The notes: a model not told the origin generated them from the sequence alone. 64,000 bases of DNA from Sedimenticolaceae bacterium (GCA_050291465.1 JBNKJV010000009.1:52442-116441), one strand, 5' to 3'; positions 51,141 through 61,601 are shown, counted from the stretch's first letter. Numbers and translations: made by a program.

Positions 51141-52351
51141 GTATAGATACCCGTTAACATTTCCAGTTTAATTCGGTCGGTGTCCGTCAGGCCACCCACC
51201 TTGTTACCTTTGGATGGTCTGCACCAGATCCCGGGATTTACCGGACGGCCGTTGTGTCTGACCTCGAAATACAACCCCGAATCCAAACGCCCTCCACTGC
51301 TGCCCACCAGACCTACCGGTTCGTCCGAGTCGACCCACTCTCCGGTCTCCTTGAACAGGGTCTGGTTGTGGCCGTAAAGGGTCATGTAGCCGTTGCCATG
51401 ATCGATAATCATTAACAGACCGAACCCGCGCAGCCAATCCGCAAAAACCACCCGGCCATGATAGACCGCTCGAACCTCTGTTCCCTCTTTGGCGGAAATA
51501 ACCACGCCATCCCAGAGCAGGCCGCTGCCTTTGTCTGTTCCGAAGCGCGCTGCCAAGCGGCCGGTGGACGGCCAGTTCATCCTACCTTTTGACGCAGGGA
51601 ACGGATCCCGCGTCACCGGTTCCACCGGGCGTTCCGCCTGCTCTTTCTGAAGTCGTTCCAGCAGTTCCCTTAGGCCCTTCTCGTCCTGTTGTAATCCGCT
51701 CAGCTCCTGCCCCTTGCTGCGAATATCCGCCGTCAGTGCCGTCATTACCTCCGTGCGGCCGGCGCGCGCCAACTCCAGACGCTGAACATCCACCTTCTTC
51801 CGCTCCTGCAGATCAACCAGTCGTTTCTCCTCCAGAACGATTTGTGCTTCCGTACGCTGCAGCATATCAAGAATCCTTTCAATCTCGGCCGCTCGCTCAA
51901 TTCGGGCACGGTTCAGATAATCGTAGTACACCATGATACGGCTGACCATGGCGGGATCCTGTTGATTGAGAAGGATTTTGACCCGCTCCTGGCGCCCCAT
52001 GGCATATGCGGACCGGACCTGTTTCCTCAGTGCCTGCCGTTGCACGCTTAAAACTTTCCGCTGCTCCGCCTGTTCTTCCCGAAGACGGTTGAGCCGATTC
52101 CGCTGCCCCTGCAGCGCACCGCTCACCTGCCGCAGATCAAGGGCGGCGCGCCCGATCCGTTGTTCTGTGGAGCGTAACTCCTGTAACAGGGCCTGTCGGG
52201 TCTTTTCCACCGAGTCGAGGGAGGATTTCAGCTTGCCGATACGCTGACGTAACTGCTCCAGCCGCTCTTTCGCGGCATCTATATCTTCCGCACCCTGTAC
52301 CGCGGGTACGGTCAGTATGAGCAGTAGGATAAAGACCGATTTCCAGGGCAC
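51137..52351 (-). CDS. envC: murein hydrolase activator EnvC family (coiled coil + LytM/M23 domain)
   Basis: 404-aa ORF with a signal peptide, a long coiled coil and a C-terminal M23 domain (LLMIIDHGNGYMTLYGHN). It sits between gpmI and ctpA. Confidence 0.85.
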   Translation of the reverse strand: MPWKSVFILLLILTVPAVQGAEDIDAAKERLEQLRQRIGKLKSSLDSVEKTRQALLQELRSTEQRIGRAALDLRQVSGALQGQRNRLNRLREEQAEQRKVLSVQRQALRKQVRSAYAMGRQERVKILLNQQDPAMVSRIMVYYDYLNRARIERAAEIERILDMLQRTEAQIVLEEKRLVDLQERKKVDVQRLELARAGRTEVMTALTADIRSKGQELSGLQQDEKGLRELLERLQKEQAERPVEPVTRDPFPASKGRMNWPSTGRLAARFGTDKGSGLLWDGVVISAKEGTEVRAVYHGRVVFADWLRGFGLLMIIDHGNGYMTLYGHNQTLFKETGEWVDSDEPVGLVGSSGGRLDSGLYFEVRHNGRPVNPGIWCRPSKGNKVGGLTDTDRIKLEMLTGIYT

Positions 52352-53898
52352 TAGGATGCCATGGCTTCCGAAAAACTCATCAGGGAGCGCCCGGTCATAT
52401 CGACGGGTTGTTCCAGGCCCATCATGTGCAACAGCGTCGGGGCGATATCACACAGGGCACCGTGCTCCCGCAACAACACCTGCCGACCCACGTAGATCAG
52501 GGGCACCGGGTTGTTGGTGTGCGCGGTATGGGGCTGGCCGGTAACGCGATCAATCATCTGTTCGGCATTGCCGTGATCGGCGGTAATAAGCAGTTCCCCG
52601 TCCGTACCGCCGAGGGCCTCGATGATCCTGCCCAGACACTGATCAACGATCTCGATCGCCTTCACCGCGGCCTGGTAGTTTCCCGTGTGTCCGACCATAT
52701 CCGGGTTGGCAAAATTACAAATGATGGCGTCGTAGCTCCCGCTCTTTATGGCCGCTACGAGATTATCCGCCACTTCCGGAGCGCTCATCTCCGGCTGCAG
52801 GTCATAGGTTGCAACCTTGGGTGACGGCACCAGAATTCGTTCCTCACCCTCGAACACCTCCTCCCGACCGCCATTAAAAAAGAAGGTGACATGAGCGTAT
52901 TTTTCCGTCTCGGCCAGACGCAACTGACGCAGGCCGTTGTCGGCCAGATACTCACCGAAACCGTTGGCAAGCCGCTCCGGAGGAAACGCAACCGGAATAG
53001 GGAAATCCTTGCTGTACTCGGTGAGACTGACATAAGCGGCCAGCCGCGGTGTGCTTGTCCTCCCGAAGCCATCGAATTCCACCTCTATGAAGGCGCGGGT
53101 CAGTTCCCGGGCCCGATCGGCGCGGTAATTCATAAAGACCACGGCATCCCCATCGCCGATCGACACCGGTTCCCCGATAAGGGTCGCCTTCACGAACTCA
53201 TCCGTTTCATCTCTATCATAGGCGGCCTGCAACCCGGACGGGGCATCCGGAGCCATGTATTCCGCCCTTCCCAGGGTCAACATGTCGTAGGCCACCTGCA
53301 CCCGTTCCCAGCGGTTGTCCCGATCCATGGCGTAATAACGGCCGATCAATGAGGCGATCCTGCCGCCGCCCGCTTCATCCATCACCCGTTGCAAGGCCTC
53401 CAACGAAGGCGCCGCACTTCGCGGCGGTGTATCGCGGCCGTCTAGAAAGGCGTGCACGAAAACCTGCTCGCAACCCCGCTCCACCGCCATCCGCACCATG
53501 GCATGGATATGCTCCTCATGGCTGTGCACCCCTCCCGGAGACAGCAGACCGAAGATGTGCAGGGCACCGCCCGCCGCCTTCGCTTTATCTATCGCCAGGG
53601 TAAGTGCCGGATTGCCGGCGAACTCTCCCGACTCCACCGCCCGGCTGACACGGGTAAACTCCTGGAACACGATTCGTCCGGCACCGAGGTTCAGATGCCC
53701 GACTTCGGAATTGCCCATCTGGCCTTCAGGCAGACCCACGTCGGATCCGGAAGTCCCGATAAGGGTATGGGGACACTCCTGCCAGAGACGATCCCAGACC
53801 GGGGTCCTCGCCGCCCGAATGGCATTGAAATCGTCGCTTTCACTATAGCCCCAGCCATCGAGAACCAACAGGACGACCGGTTTGGCAGTAGCTTTCAT
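52351..53898 (-). CDS. gpmI: 2,3-bisphosphoglycerate-independent phosphoglycerate mutase
   Basis: 515-aa ORF with [24 protein letters not shown] and ITADHGNAE. Confidence 0.95.
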   Translation of the reverse strand: MKATAKPVVLLVLDGWGYSESDDFNAIRAARTPVWDRLWQECPHTLIGTSGSDVGLPEGQMGNSEVGHLNLGAGRIVFQEFTRVSRAVESGEFAGNPALTLAIDKAKAAGGALHIFGLLSPGGVHSHEEHIHAMVRMAVERGCEQVFVHAFLDGRDTPPRSAAPSLEALQRVMDEAGGGRIASLIGRYYAMDRDNRWERVQVAYDMLTLGRAEYMAPDAPSGLQAAYDRDETDEFVKATLIGEPVSIGDGDAVVFMNYRADRARELTRAFIEVEFDGFGRTSTPRLAAYVSLTEYSKDFPIPVAFPPERLANGFGEYLADNGLRQLRLAETEKYAHVTFFFNGGREEVFEGEERILVPSPKVATYDLQPEMSAPEVADNLVAAIKSGSYDAIICNFANPDMVGHTGNYQAAVKAIEIVDQCLGRIIEALGGTDGELLITADHGNAEQMIDRVTGQPHTAHTNNPVPLIYVGRQVLLREHGALCDIAPTLLHMMGLEQPVDMTGRSLMSFSEAMAS

Positions 53899-53987
53899 AA
53901 GACCCCAGCTCCAAGATAAATTGTTTATAAAACAGTTTATTAAAACATTTTTCCGGTATATTAACTAGGACCCGAAAAAGCAAAATA

Positions 53988-54008
53988 TTTTCCCCATTCA
54001 GGGGAAAA
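53988..54008. promoter_or_regulatory. perfect inverted repeat in the gpmI/arsR divergent region (candidate operator)
   Basis: TTTTCCCC-attca-GGGGAAAA: 8-bp arms, about 46 nt upstream of the arsR-family start. Confidence 0.3.
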
Positions 54009-54053
54009 ACAGAGTATTATTGTATTAATCTGTTGTTATCTAAGGTTGCGGGC

Positions 54054-54425
54054 ATGGAGCAGAAATTCAATAACCCCAAGACGTCTCTTATGGAGGCCGA
54101 GGACGATATCCCTACGGATTTTGAGGCATTACTGGAAGGAGACGAAGATATCGAACGGGCATCCCGTTCCCTGAAGGCCATGTCCCACCCCCTGCGCCTG
54201 AAAATTCTCTGCACACTCGGAGATCAGGAGGTGAGCGTCCAGGAGATCGTGGAGCAGGTGGGTACGTCGCAGAGCAATATCTCCCAGCATCTTGCGATCC
54301 TGCGGGATAAAGGGATTCTCGCCTCCCGCAAAGATGCCAATCGCGTTTTTTACCGTGTGAGCGACTCAAGGACCCTGCAGCTGATCGGCATGATGAGGGT
54401 CGTCTTCTGTCAACAAAAACACTGA
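54054..54425 (+). CDS. ArsR/SmtB-family transcriptional regulator
   Basis: The winged-helix core is LKAMSHPLRLKILCTLGDQEVSVQEIVEQVGTSQSNISQHLAILRDKGIL. I prefer ATG 54054 over the TTG at 54033. Confidence 0.85.
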   Translation: MEQKFNNPKTSLMEAEDDIPTDFEALLEGDEDIERASRSLKAMSHPLRLKILCTLGDQEVSVQEIVEQVGTSQSNISQHLAILRDKGILASRKDANRVFYRVSDSRTLQLIGMMRVVFCQQKH

Positions 54426-54541
54426 GCGGTTACACCATTTAACACAAGCCGTTTTTCCCGGACCACCTACCCGGACTAGGCCATATTCCGTGATCCGGGG
54501 TAGAATCACTCCCTGTTTTTCAATCAATCATCTTACGCGTA

Positions 54542-54973
54542 ATGGAACAACTTCTTGAATTTGCCGGAAACAACCTCGCGCTCGTGGCAGCGCTGGTGGT
54601 CATTCTCTTTCTTCTTGCTCAGAACCTCCTGACCGATATGGGCGGGAAATGGGTGGTCGACCCGCAGCGGGCAACCGAGTTGCTGAACCGGGAGGATGCG
54701 GTGGTGGTGGATGTCCGTCCCATGGCCGACTTTTCCAAGGGCCACATCATCAATGCCATCAACATTCCGATGAACGGTTTTAAAAACCAGATGACCCAGC
54801 TGGAAAAACACAAAGAGAAACCGGTCATCGTTGCCTGCCGCTCCGGTGCCCAGTCTCCCGCTGCCTGTAAGTTACTGCGCGGCAGCGGCTTCGAGCAAGT
54901 CTATAATCTGCAGGGCGGAATCCTCGCCTGGCAGAACCGCAATCTGCCTATCAGCCGCAAGAATAAGAAATGA
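54542..54973 (+). CDS. rhodanese-domain membrane-anchored sulfurtransferase (YibN-like)
   Basis: 143-aa ORF with an N-terminal TM segment and a rhodanese active-site loop (CRSGAQS). It lies upstream of secB-gpsA, as yibN does in E. coli. Confidence 0.85.
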   Translation: MEQLLEFAGNNLALVAALVVILFLLAQNLLTDMGGKWVVDPQRATELLNREDAVVVDVRPMADFSKGHIINAINIPMNGFKNQMTQLEKHKEKPVIVACRSGAQSPAACKLLRGSGFEQVYNLQGGILAWQNRNLPISRKNKK

Positions 54974-55022
54974 TTAGAACCTGTATTGTCCTATCAACCG
55001 GAAGCCATCTCGGAACAATCTC

Positions 55023-55511
55023 ATGAGTGAAGAAACCCAAGCCCAACAAGAAAACGACCGCAATTTTTCCATACAGCGCATCTACACCAAAGATCTCTCC
55101 TACGAAGCCCCGAACGTTCCCGGCATCTTTACCGAGCAGTGGCAGCCCCAAACCGATCTTGATCTAAACACCGAGGTCAACGCTCTGGGCAATGACCATT
55201 ACGAGGTTGTATTGAGGCTCACGGTTACCACCAAAACCAGCGACAAGGTCGCGTTTCTGGCGGAGGTACAACAGGCTGGCATCTTCCTGATCAAGGGCTG
55301 GGATCAGAATGAGATGGGGCCGATGATCGGCGCCTACTGTCCCAACATCCTCTTTCCCTATGCCAGAGAGGTGGTTACAACCCTGGTAGGCAAAGGAAGC
55401 TTTCCGCAGCTGGTGCTTTCGCCGATCAATTTCGATCTCCTCTATGCGCAACAGCTCCAGAAGATGCAGCAGCAACAGGCACAGCAGGCCGAGCAGACTG
55501 AAGCGGACTGA
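55023..55511 (+). CDS. secB: protein-export chaperone SecB
   Basis: 162-aa ORF with [30 protein letters not shown] and an acidic C-terminus. Confidence 0.95.
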   Translation: MSEETQAQQENDRNFSIQRIYTKDLSYEAPNVPGIFTEQWQPQTDLDLNTEVNALGNDHYEVVLRLTVTTKTSDKVAFLAEVQQAGIFLIKGWDQNEMGPMIGAYCPNILFPYAREVVTTLVGKGSFPQLVLSPINFDLLYAQQLQKMQQQQAQQAEQTEAD

Positions 55512-55520
55512 GAATACCGC

Positions 55521-56528
55521 ATGGATAAGCCCCGTCCGAAGATCGCGGTTCTTGGCGCAGGTTCCTGGGGTACCGCCCTTGCCATATTGCTCAGCCGAAA
55601 CCGCGCCGAGGTACGCCTCTGGGGTATTCCTGAAGAGGTAGCCGACCTCCTGCGTGACGGGGAAAACCGGCGCTACCTGCCGGGTTTGACCTTTCCCGAT
55701 AGTTTGATACCCACGGACGATCTGGCAGCCGCCGTAGAGGATGCGGAGGAGGTGCTTTTGGCCGTTCCCAGTCACGCCTTCCGGTCTGTGCTGGAGCGAG
55801 CCGCACCCATGCTGGGCCAAAGCACCTCGGTAAGCTGGGCCACCAAGGGACTGGAACCGGGAAGCGCCCGACTGTTGAGTTCCGTGGCCGTGGAGATTCT
55901 CGGTGACAAACATCCTATCGGTGTGATCTCCGGCCCCACCTTCGCGGGCGAAGTGGGCCGCGGTCTCCCCACCGCGGTGACCGTCGCCTCCACTCACAGC
56001 GAACATGCCCGAAGAGTGGCCGACTATCTCCGCTCGGACTGCTTCCGCGCCTATACCAGTGATGACGTGATCGGCGTCCAGGTGGGCGGCGCGGCCAAGA
56101 ATGTGATGGCCATCGGCGCGGGCATAGCCGACGGACTCGGCTTCGGCGCCAACACCCGGGCCGCCCTCATCACCCGCGGTCTGGCGGAGATCATGCGCCT
56201 GGGCCTGGCCATGGGCGGCAAGGAAGAGACTTTCATGGGTCTGGCCGGATTGGGTGACCTGACTCTTACCTGCACCGACAATCAATCCCGCAACCGCCGT
56301 ATGGGTCTGGCGCTGGCGCAGGGGATGACCATCGATGAGGCCAGGCAGGAGATCGGCCAGGAGGTGGAGGGTGTCGGCACCGCCAAGGTGGTGTACCGGA
56401 AGGCGCAGGAGTTGCAGATCGAAATGCCCATTACGGAGCAGATCTACCGCGTGCTTTATGAAGGATTGGATCCCAGAGAAGCGGTTCAGAACCTGCTGGA
56501 ACGCCGTCAGAAAGCGGAGTATGAGTAG
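55521..56528 (+). CDS. gpsA: NAD(P)H-dependent glycerol-3-phosphate dehydrogenase
   Basis: 335-aa ORF with IAVLGAGSWGTALA, GAAKNVMAIGAG and SRNRRMG. Confidence 0.95.
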   Translation: MDKPRPKIAVLGAGSWGTALAILLSRNRAEVRLWGIPEEVADLLRDGENRRYLPGLTFPDSLIPTDDLAAAVEDAEEVLLAVPSHAFRSVLERAAPMLGQSTSVSWATKGLEPGSARLLSSVAVEILGDKHPIGVISGPTFAGEVGRGLPTAVTVASTHSEHARRVADYLRSDCFRAYTSDDVIGVQVGGAAKNVMAIGAGIADGLGFGANTRAALITRGLAEIMRLGLAMGGKEETFMGLAGLGDLTLTCTDNQSRNRRMGLALAQGMTIDEARQEIGQEVEGVGTAKVVYRKAQELQIEMPITEQIYRVLYEGLDPREAVQNLLERRQKAEYE

Positions 56529-56571
56529 AAGTTGGAAGTACAGGATAATGATCTGGATTATTGGGGTTTTC

Positions 56572-57036
56572 CTAGGATCCGGATCCTCTGAAGTCCTGCT
56601 GCCGCCAAGCCTCGTACAGGATCACCGCAACCGCATTGGATAGATTCAGGCTGCGATTGCCCGCAACCATCGGGATTTGCAGCCGCTGCTCCGGCGGCAG
56701 GCTGTCCAGGACGGCCTGCGGCAATCCCCGCGTTTCCGGGCCGAAAAGGAAGGCGTCGCCCGGCACAAAAACCGCCTCCGAGTAGCTACGACAACCACGG
56801 GTGGAACAGGCGAAGAGCCTTGGCGGTGTCTGTCCTAAAAAAGCCTCGAGGCTCGCGTGCTCCCTAACCGACGCCAGCTCTGAATAGTCCATACCCGCCC
56901 GTCGCAGGTGCTTGTCATCCAGTTGGAATCCGAGGGGATGAATAAGATGGAGGGTACTGCCACTGTTGGCACAAAGGCGTATTATATTGCCGGTGTTAGG
57001 CGGTATCTCCGGCTCTAGCAATACCACATGAAACAT
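56572..57036 (-). CDS. trmL: tRNA (cytidine/uridine(34)-2'-O)-methyltransferase TrmL
   Basis: [24 protein letters not shown] and [17 protein letters not shown] align with E. coli TrmL. I moved the start to the ATG at 57036. Confidence 0.9.
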   Translation of the reverse strand: MFHVVLLEPEIPPNTGNIIRLCANSGSTLHLIHPLGFQLDDKHLRRAGMDYSELASVREHASLEAFLGQTPPRLFACSTRGCRSYSEAVFVPGDAFLFGPETRGLPQAVLDSLPPEQRLQIPMVAGNRSLNLSNAVAVILYEAWRQQDFRGSGS

Positions 57037-57050
57037 TACGGAAACACCCC

Positions 57051-58013
57051 ATGACAAAGAGCGGACAACAGCCCCTCGCGGTAGAATTTTGCGGACTCCA
57101 ATTCGACACCCCGGTAGTACTGCTGTCCGGTTGCGTCGGGTTTGGCGAAGAATACACCCGGGTTAAGGGGTTTTCCAACACAGACGCCGGTGCGGTATGC
57201 CTGAAGGGGACCACCCTTGATCCGCGATCGGGTAATCCTCCGCATCGGGTTTACGAAACCGCCAGCGGGTTACTTAATGCCATCGGTCTCCAGAATCCCG
57301 GGGTAGACCATGTGGTGAACCATATTCTGCCCGAGCTCAATTTCAGCGAGACCCGCTTTATCGCCAATATCTCGGGGTCAACCATAGAAGAGTATTCCGA
57401 AGTGGCGCGCCGTTTCAACGACTCGCCGGTGGACGCCCTGGAGATCAATATCTCCTGCCCGAACGTCAAACAGGGGGGCGCGGCCTTTGGTAACGACCCG
57501 GAAACCTCCGCCCGGGTTGTGGAGGCCTGCCGCAGCGTTACCGACAAACCGTTAATCACCAAACTCTCTCCCAACCAGACCGATATTGCGGAAAACGCCC
57601 GGCGCTGTATAGAAGCGGGCAGTGACGCCTTCTCCGTTATCAATACGCTGATGGGAATGGCCATAGACGCCGAAAACCGAACACCCATTATCGGCAACAA
57701 CCAGGGGGGGCTTTCCGGACCCGCCATCAAACCGGTGGCCCTTCTCAAAGTGCACCAGGTCTACCAGGTATGCCGGGAACACAATATTCCCATCATCGGC
57801 CAGGGCGGCATAAGCTCCGCCAGGGATGCCCTGGAGTTTCTTATCGCCGGCGCCACTGCGGTGGGTGTCGGCACGGCCCTTTTTTACGATCCACTGATCT
57901 GCAAGAAAATCAACAAAGGGATCGTGGAATACCTGGAACGCCACGCAATCGGCTCGGTTCGCGAGCTTACCGGGTCCCTGCGGCTGAATACGCAGACCGT
58001 ATGCTGTGAGTAA
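57051..58013 (+). CDS. dihydroorotate dehydrogenase family protein, class 1B-like catalytic subunit
   Basis: 320-aa ORF with NAIGLQNPG, the active-site Cys region ([10 protein letters not shown]), [10 protein letters not shown] and IIGQGGI. No pyrK-like partner is adjacent. Confidence 0.8.
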   Translation: MTKSGQQPLAVEFCGLQFDTPVVLLSGCVGFGEEYTRVKGFSNTDAGAVCLKGTTLDPRSGNPPHRVYETASGLLNAIGLQNPGVDHVVNHILPELNFSETRFIANISGSTIEEYSEVARRFNDSPVDALEINISCPNVKQGGAAFGNDPETSARVVEACRSVTDKPLITKLSPNQTDIAENARRCIEAGSDAFSVINTLMGMAIDAENRTPIIGNNQGGLSGPAIKPVALLKVHQVYQVCREHNIPIIGQGGISSARDALEFLIAGATAVGVGTALFYDPLICKKINKGIVEYLERHAIGSVRELTGSLRLNTQTVCCE

Positions 58014-58148
58014 TTAGGGGTATATCTTCTCCTCCGATTACGGAGTAATATTGAGGAGCCTCTGATTAAAATGCCAGCGTCTCGGCCATCAGCGATTTAA
58101 TTAAGGGGCCCCTTAGGGTACTCGCATAGGGATATCAACAGCTAGCGC

Positions 58149-59411
58149 ATGAACCAGGCCTTGCACCTCGTGGATGACCAGACGTTAAAGGCGTTTCTGC
58201 CTCTAAAGGATCTTGATAGGAAACAGTTGGGCCTATTAGCCAGCCGTCTGCGGGTAGAGAGCGCGTCAGAGGGAGATCTGCTTATCAAGTTGGGGAGCAG
58301 GGACCCCTATCAATTTTTTCTTATCCAGGGTCGTGTTCGACTGCAGGCAGTGGACGGCAAGTACATCGAGGTAGAAGGTGGTACGCCGCAGGCCTCCAGA
58401 CCCATTGCACAACTGGTTCCGCGACGATTCAATGTTTTTGCCGTTACTCCCGTACGTTTCGTGCGCATCGCCCAGGAACTGCTGCCGCAATCAGCTCCGC
58501 AAGACGAGACGGACCGGCACGGTATCCGGGTTAAGGAGGGGGTCCAGCATAAGAAACCGACGATTAATCTGGAAAATCGTCTCACGCAACATCTATACCG
58601 GGATCTCAAACGGGATCAGTTGATCCTGCCCTCCCTCCCGGAAGTGGCCGTGCGCGTCGGTCAGGCCGTCAGGGATCTCTCCACGAACGCCAACGCGGTC
58701 GCCCGCATTATCCAGACCGATCCGGCCATTACCGCAAAAATCGTAAAGGCGGCTAACAGCGCTTTTTACGGTAACATGAAACCGGTCGCCAGCTGTCATG
58801 AAGCGGTGGTTCGCCTGGGTATGAAGGTAACCCATAATCTGGTGCTCGCTTATACCCTGCGCGACCTTTTTCGGGTCAATTCAAAACTGCTGCAGGAGCG
58901 CATGGGGGAGCTCTGGCGCCACAGTACCAAGGTGGCGTCCATATGCTACGTTCTGGCGCGTAATGACCGCCGTTTTAACGCGGACGAGGCCATGCTGATC
59001 GGACTTCTGCATGACATCGGGGTCGCCGCCATCATCAACCAGGCGGCATTCTATCCGGATCTTGCCTCAGATCCCAGGTCCATGCACCACGCCATCACCA
59101 ATCTCCGCGGCCCCATCGGTGGTTCCATCCTGGAGGTGTGGCGTTTCGGCAAGGAGTTCGTAGTAGCGGCCAGGGAGGCCGAGGACTGGATGCGTAACGA
59201 CCAGGAAAAACCGGACTACTGCGACCTGGTAATCGTGGCCCAGCTGCACAGTCTGGTGGGTACCGAACAGGCCCTCTCTCTGCCGCCGCTGCATGAGGTA
59301 CCGGCGCTGAAAAGGCTCGGACTGGAAGGGCTGACCCCGAAACAAAGCCTGAAGATCATGTCCGCGGCGGAAGCCCGTATAGAAGATACGGAAACCCTGC
59401 TCAAGGTGTAA
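58149..59411 (+). CDS. cyclic-nucleotide-binding-like domain + HDOD domain protein
   Basis: 420-aa ORF with an N-terminal cNMP-binding-like beta-barrel (about residues 10-110). The HDOD domain follows (LPSLPEVAVRV...DPAITAKIVKAANSAFYG...LLHDIG). Confidence 0.75.
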   Translation: MNQALHLVDDQTLKAFLPLKDLDRKQLGLLASRLRVESASEGDLLIKLGSRDPYQFFLIQGRVRLQAVDGKYIEVEGGTPQASRPIAQLVPRRFNVFAVTPVRFVRIAQELLPQSAPQDETDRHGIRVKEGVQHKKPTINLENRLTQHLYRDLKRDQLILPSLPEVAVRVGQAVRDLSTNANAVARIIQTDPAITAKIVKAANSAFYGNMKPVASCHEAVVRLGMKVTHNLVLAYTLRDLFRVNSKLLQERMGELWRHSTKVASICYVLARNDRRFNADEAMLIGLLHDIGVAAIINQAAFYPDLASDPRSMHHAITNLRGPIGGSILEVWRFGKEFVVAAREAEDWMRNDQEKPDYCDLVIVAQLHSLVGTEQALSLPPLHEVPALKRLGLEGLTPKQSLKIMSAAEARIEDTETLLKV

Positions 59412-60786
59412 CAGACCGCTCCCTGCAGATAGCCTGATACCCTTCCTCGAAAAAGAACCGATCCTCGCCCAGCGCCGGCTGCAATTGATCCAGCCATGTG
59501 GCTCGTTCATCGTAACGGGCAAAGAACGGGCGCTGAACCCATTCCGAATCGCGGCCTTGAATGAAACGCAGAACGAACAGCTTCTCACCGTTGATTTCGG
59601 TCACGCCCTGCACCTCCACCTTACCCGGAGCGGCGCTCATGCTAGGACCGCGTACGGTACGGCTCAGTCCCGAGACATTTCGTATCGCATCGCGATAGAT
59701 ATCCCAGGCCCGCGCCAGCGACACCTCGAAATAGTTCTTGGCCCCGGTATCCCGTTCCACAAACATATAGTAGGGAATAATCCCGAGATTGATCTGATCC
59801 CGCCAGAGCCTGCTCCAGGTTTCGGCATCGTCGTTGATATAGGCGAGAAGCGGACCCTGACTGCGTATCACCGCCCCGGTTGAGCGCAGTTTGCGTATCG
59901 CCGCGGCGGCGATATCCGTCCGCATCTCCTGCCAATGGTTGTAATGGGCCATGATGGCCACATGCTTGCCACCCTCAACCAGACTCTCCAACAGGAACAG
60001 CAGGTCATCGGCATCCTCATCGGTAACAAACCGGTAAGGCCAGAAACTGAGTGCTTTGGTTCCAATGCGTATGGTCTTGATGTGATCAAACTCCGGCCGC
60101 AGCAACGGCTGCAGATACTCCTTCAGCCGGTGAGCCTTCATCACCATGGGATCACCACCCGTGATCAGCAGATCCGTGACCTCCCGGTGCTCCCGCAGAT
60201 AACTGTGCAACGCCGCCACTTCATTGGAGGCGATCCGTAACGCCTTGTCGCCCAGGAACTGGGCCCAGCGAAAACAGAAGGTGCAGTAGGTATGGCAGGT
60301 CTGTCCCTGGCTGGGGAAAAAAAGCACGGTCTCGTTGTACTTATGCTGCACACCCGAAAGAGGCAGACCGTCAATGCCGAGGGGAACATTAAGTTCCAGC
60401 TGCTTAGCCGGATGGGGATTGAGCGCGGTCCGTATCTCTTTGACCGCATGGTCGAGTTCAGCTTGTCCCGCCTTCCGATGCACCATATCGGCCAGCCGAT
60501 CATAGTGCTCCGGCGCCAGCATCTCCCTCTGAGGGAAGGTCAAACGGAATATGGGATCCTCCGGGGCCCGCTCCCAGTCGATAAGCTCGCTGACTACATA
60601 CTCATTGACCCGGAAGGGAAGTACCCTGGCAACCACCTCCATCTGGAACCGGAACTCCGCCGGCAATTGGTCGAGTTTTCCGATCCGATTGAGATCCCGT
60701 GGCGTGAAAACCTGAAAGCGGCGCGCAGCAAACCCCTGATCGAGGTCGTCTAGCTTGCGGCGGCGTACAAGCGCAGTCAGGTTCAT
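59401..60786 (-). CDS. KamA-family radical SAM aminomutase-like protein
   Basis: It has the CHTYCTFCFRW radical-SAM cluster motif and the KamA-type context (ITGGDPM). I prefer the ATG at 60786 (GGAG 5 nt upstream) over the track start at 60894. Its 3' end overlaps the HDOD gene by 11 nt in convergent orientation. Confidence 0.8.
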   Translation of the reverse strand: MNLTALVRRRKLDDLDQGFAARRFQVFTPRDLNRIGKLDQLPAEFRFQMEVVARVLPFRVNEYVVSELIDWERAPEDPIFRLTFPQREMLAPEHYDRLADMVHRKAGQAELDHAVKEIRTALNPHPAKQLELNVPLGIDGLPLSGVQHKYNETVLFFPSQGQTCHTYCTFCFRWAQFLGDKALRIASNEVAALHSYLREHREVTDLLITGGDPMVMKAHRLKEYLQPLLRPEFDHIKTIRIGTKALSFWPYRFVTDEDADDLLFLLESLVEGGKHVAIMAHYNHWQEMRTDIAAAAIRKLRSTGAVIRSQGPLLAYINDDAETWSRLWRDQINLGIIPYYMFVERDTGAKNYFEVSLARAWDIYRDAIRNVSGLSRTVRGPSMSAAPGKVEVQGVTEINGEKLFVLRFIQGRDSEWVQRPFFARYDERATWLDQLQPALGEDRFFFEEGYQAICRERSVTP

Positions 60787-60909
60787 GGAGTCTCCAATAG
60801 GCCATGGGATTTTCGTTCCTCGTTTGCCTCTTCCGTGCAAACGACTGAGTTCTAGAAGGTTCTCTTTCCCGATCCGGGCCGGACAGTTTAACATAGGCGA
60901 CGTGACAGG

Positions 60910-61590
60910 TTGAAATCGGTCGCTACCTCTTTGAAATTACACCATTTACACCCGTGGCAGGTGAGCCCTGCCGAGGCCCGGAACATCCAGCAGGAACTGC
61001 GGGGCCTGGTCGAAACAGAGGACCGTCTGGGGCCCATTTCACGGGTGGCCGGCATTGATGTCGGCTTTGAGACGGGAGGAAAAACCACCCGGGCGGCGGT
61101 GGCGGTGCTCGGTTTTCCCGATCTTCAGACGCTCCGCCAGGCCGTTGCTCGCCAGCCCACACGCTTCCCTTATGTCCCGGGTCTGCTCTCGTTCCGGGAG
61201 ATCCCCGCCGTGCTGGCGGCGCTGGAGCAACTGGATCAGCTCCCCGACCTGCTGTTATGTGACGGGCAGGGGCTGGCCCATCCCCGGCGCCTGGGTATCG
61301 CTTCCCATCTGGGGATCCTCACCGATATTCCCTCCATCGGGGTGGCCAAAAGCAGGTTGGTGGGAACCCATGTGGAGCCCGGTCCCGAGAAAGGCAGTTG
61401 GGTACCCCTTATGGACGGCTCCGAACGGATAGGGGCGGTGTTACGGACCCGCAGGGGCGTTCGGCCGCTCTACATCTCCTGTGGCCACCGGATCAGTCTG
61501 GAAACCGCCATTGAATACGTCCTGGCCTGCACCCCGAAATACCGCCTGCCGGAGACCACACGGCAGGCACATAAACTGGCTTCCGGGTAA
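60910..61590 (+). CDS. nfi: endonuclease V
   Basis: 226-aa ORF with [37 protein letters not shown] and IGVAKS. The TTG start at 60910 is uncertain; an alternative TTG lies at 60931. Confidence 0.9.
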   Translation: MKSVATSLKLHHLHPWQVSPAEARNIQQELRGLVETEDRLGPISRVAGIDVGFETGGKTTRAAVAVLGFPDLQTLRQAVARQPTRFPYVPGLLSFREIPAVLAALEQLDQLPDLLLCDGQGLAHPRRLGIASHLGILTDIPSIGVAKSRLVGTHVEPGPEKGSWVPLMDGSERIGAVLRTRRGVRPLYISCGHRISLETAIEYVLACTPKYRLPETTRQAHKLASG

Positions 61591-61601
61591 ATAGTGCAGC
61601 A

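Noticed and set aside
55164-56285. 373-aa minus-strand ORF
   Set aside because: It is a codon-aligned antisense frame of gpsA, and the two share the same mod-3 phase. The same holds for 30206-31276 (antisense of argH), 43795-44751 (antisense of ubiB), 40282-41118 (antisense of hslU) and 32497-33375 (antisense of cyaA). All are low-complexity translations opposite strongly supported genes.
56574-56587. Perfect palindrome AGGATCCGGATCCT
   Set aside because: It lies within the 3' end of trmL, encodes the GSGS tail and overlaps the stop codon. It is two adjacent BamHI-like sites by chance, not an operator or terminator.
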